A stretch of 49,200 nt of DNA from Candidatus Saccharimonadota bacterium (lineage in GTDB: Bacteria; Patescibacteriota; Saccharimonadia; Saccharimonadales; JAUPVS01), in the NCBI GenBank assembly GCA_037139495.1, contig JBAXGG010000003.1, positions 1 to 49,200 of the forward strand, in the 5' to 3' direction. The translations under genes and the position numbers were made by a program. Shown in pieces: positions 48,535-49,200 of this stretch; positions within the stretch are counted from its first letter, which is position 1; each line of letters begins with the position of its first letter. The notes under the pieces are model-generated. The model saw only the letters and a list, made by a program, of their open reading frames with translations, was not told the DNA's origin and did not search any database.

Positions 48535-49064
48535 TGAGGATAATTGCCGGCTCACTCAAAGGCCGACAGTTCACTTCTCCGGGTGGTCACCGTACCCACC
48601 CGATGAGCGAAAAAATGCGCGGAGCCATGTTTGGGGTTCTAGGTGACATCGAGGGCCTAACCGTATTAGACGCTTTCGCTGGTAGTGGTGCATTAAGTTT
48701 TGAGGCTTTAAGTCGTGGCGCCAAAAGTGCCCTAATGCTGGATGATGATAAGGCTGCACAGGATGCTATAACGGCCAATATTAGGAGTCTGGGGGTTAGT
48801 AGAGCTCGCTTTATAAGTGCCAATGCCATTAACTGGTCGCGCAGAAATAGTCTTCAAAAGTTCGATTTATTGATAGCTGACCCGCCTTACGACAAGCTCC
48901 CGTTTCCCGTTATAGAGAAGATAGTTCAAAATTTAGCTCATGGTGGAACCTACATCTTATCCTGGCCAAGCCAGTACGAACATCCTAAGTTAGCAGGACT
49001 AGAAATTGTAGCTAATAAACTTTATGGTGATGCCCAGCTGGTTTTTTATCAGCATATCCGCTAG
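48534..49064 (+). CDS. rsmD: RsmD-family 16S rRNA methyltransferase
   Basis: MRIIAG..KGR, LDAFAGSGAL..EALSRGA, DPPY, YG. Confidence 0.92.
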   Translation: MRIIAGSLKGRQFTSPGGHRTHPMSEKMRGAMFGVLGDIEGLTVLDAFAGSGALSFEALSRGAKSALMLDDDKAAQDAITANIRSLGVSRARFISANAINWSRRNSLQKFDLLIADPPYDKLPFPVIEKIVQNLAHGGTYILSWPSQYEHPKLAGLEIVANKLYGDAQLVFYQHIR

Positions 49065-49087
49065 AATAGCCCTGTTACGTCACGCAT

Positions 49088-49171
49088 GCGGATGTGGTGG
49101 AATGGTAGACACGCTAGTTTTAGGAACTAGTGCCGAAAGGCGTGAAGGTTCAAGTCCTTTCATCCGCACCA
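49088..49171 (+). tRNA. tRNA-Leu (anticodon TAG)
   Basis: Acceptor GCGGATG/CATCCGC, D-loop TGGTA, anticodon stem CTAGT/ACTAG with loop TTTAGGA, long variable arm, T-loop TTCAAGT, encoded CCA. Confidence 0.97.
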
Positions 49172-49200
49172 GACGACATTTCAATAGCCTTTACGAGGCT

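Noticed and set aside
1-49200. Numerous 60-200 aa ORFs antisense or out of frame within recognised genes (e.g. 5272..5814, 9040..9645, 22039..22467, 33771..34304)
   Set aside because: They are shadows of well-supported genes, with no motifs or initiation signals
1-49200. CRISPR array, transposase, integrase, prophage or defence island
   Set aside because: No regularly spaced direct repeats and no recognisable mobile or defence protein motifs seen by eye
49088-49200. tRNA-Leu as an integration site
   Set aside because: No duplicate of the tRNA 3' end or integrase in the window; the sequence ends 29 nt later, so it cannot be assessed

Overview
Dense, mostly housekeeping chromosomal segment (about 44 CDS plus tRNA-Leu(TAG)) with no recognisable mobile element, prophage or CRISPR array. 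The compact genes, split transketolase, Firmicute-like clpC-radA-PIN/TRAM order, orphan PilB-type ATPase and several unassignable proteins suggest a Patescibacteria (CPR), probably Saccharibacteria, genome; this is inference, not a database result. Contents in order: ABC exporter, Nudix, FKBP, NrdH-like redoxin/trxB, FNR-like reductase, GDPD, ppa, a gap-rpiB-rpe-tkt-tkt-fba-pfkB cluster followed by an unknown 413-aa protein and a LOG-family protein, uvrB, gatCAB with an inserted small gene, galU, dnaE, pilB-like, rplS, rnhB, pepN, nusA, clpC, radA, class A PBP, tyrS, recG, a PLC/P1-nuclease-like protein, rsmD. Most interesting signals: (1) a possible transaldolase-free nucleotide-ribose catabolic module (LOG + non-oxidative PPP + PfkB + aldolase + unknown protein); (2) a -10 box 6-10 nt before the start codon of about 17 genes, suggesting gene-by-gene leaderless transcription; (3) a CIRCE operator on clpC, NrdR-like boxes on the redoxin and a weak terminator in the nusA leader; (4) three unexplained structured intergenic elements; (5) unannotated enzymes wedged into housekeeping operons.
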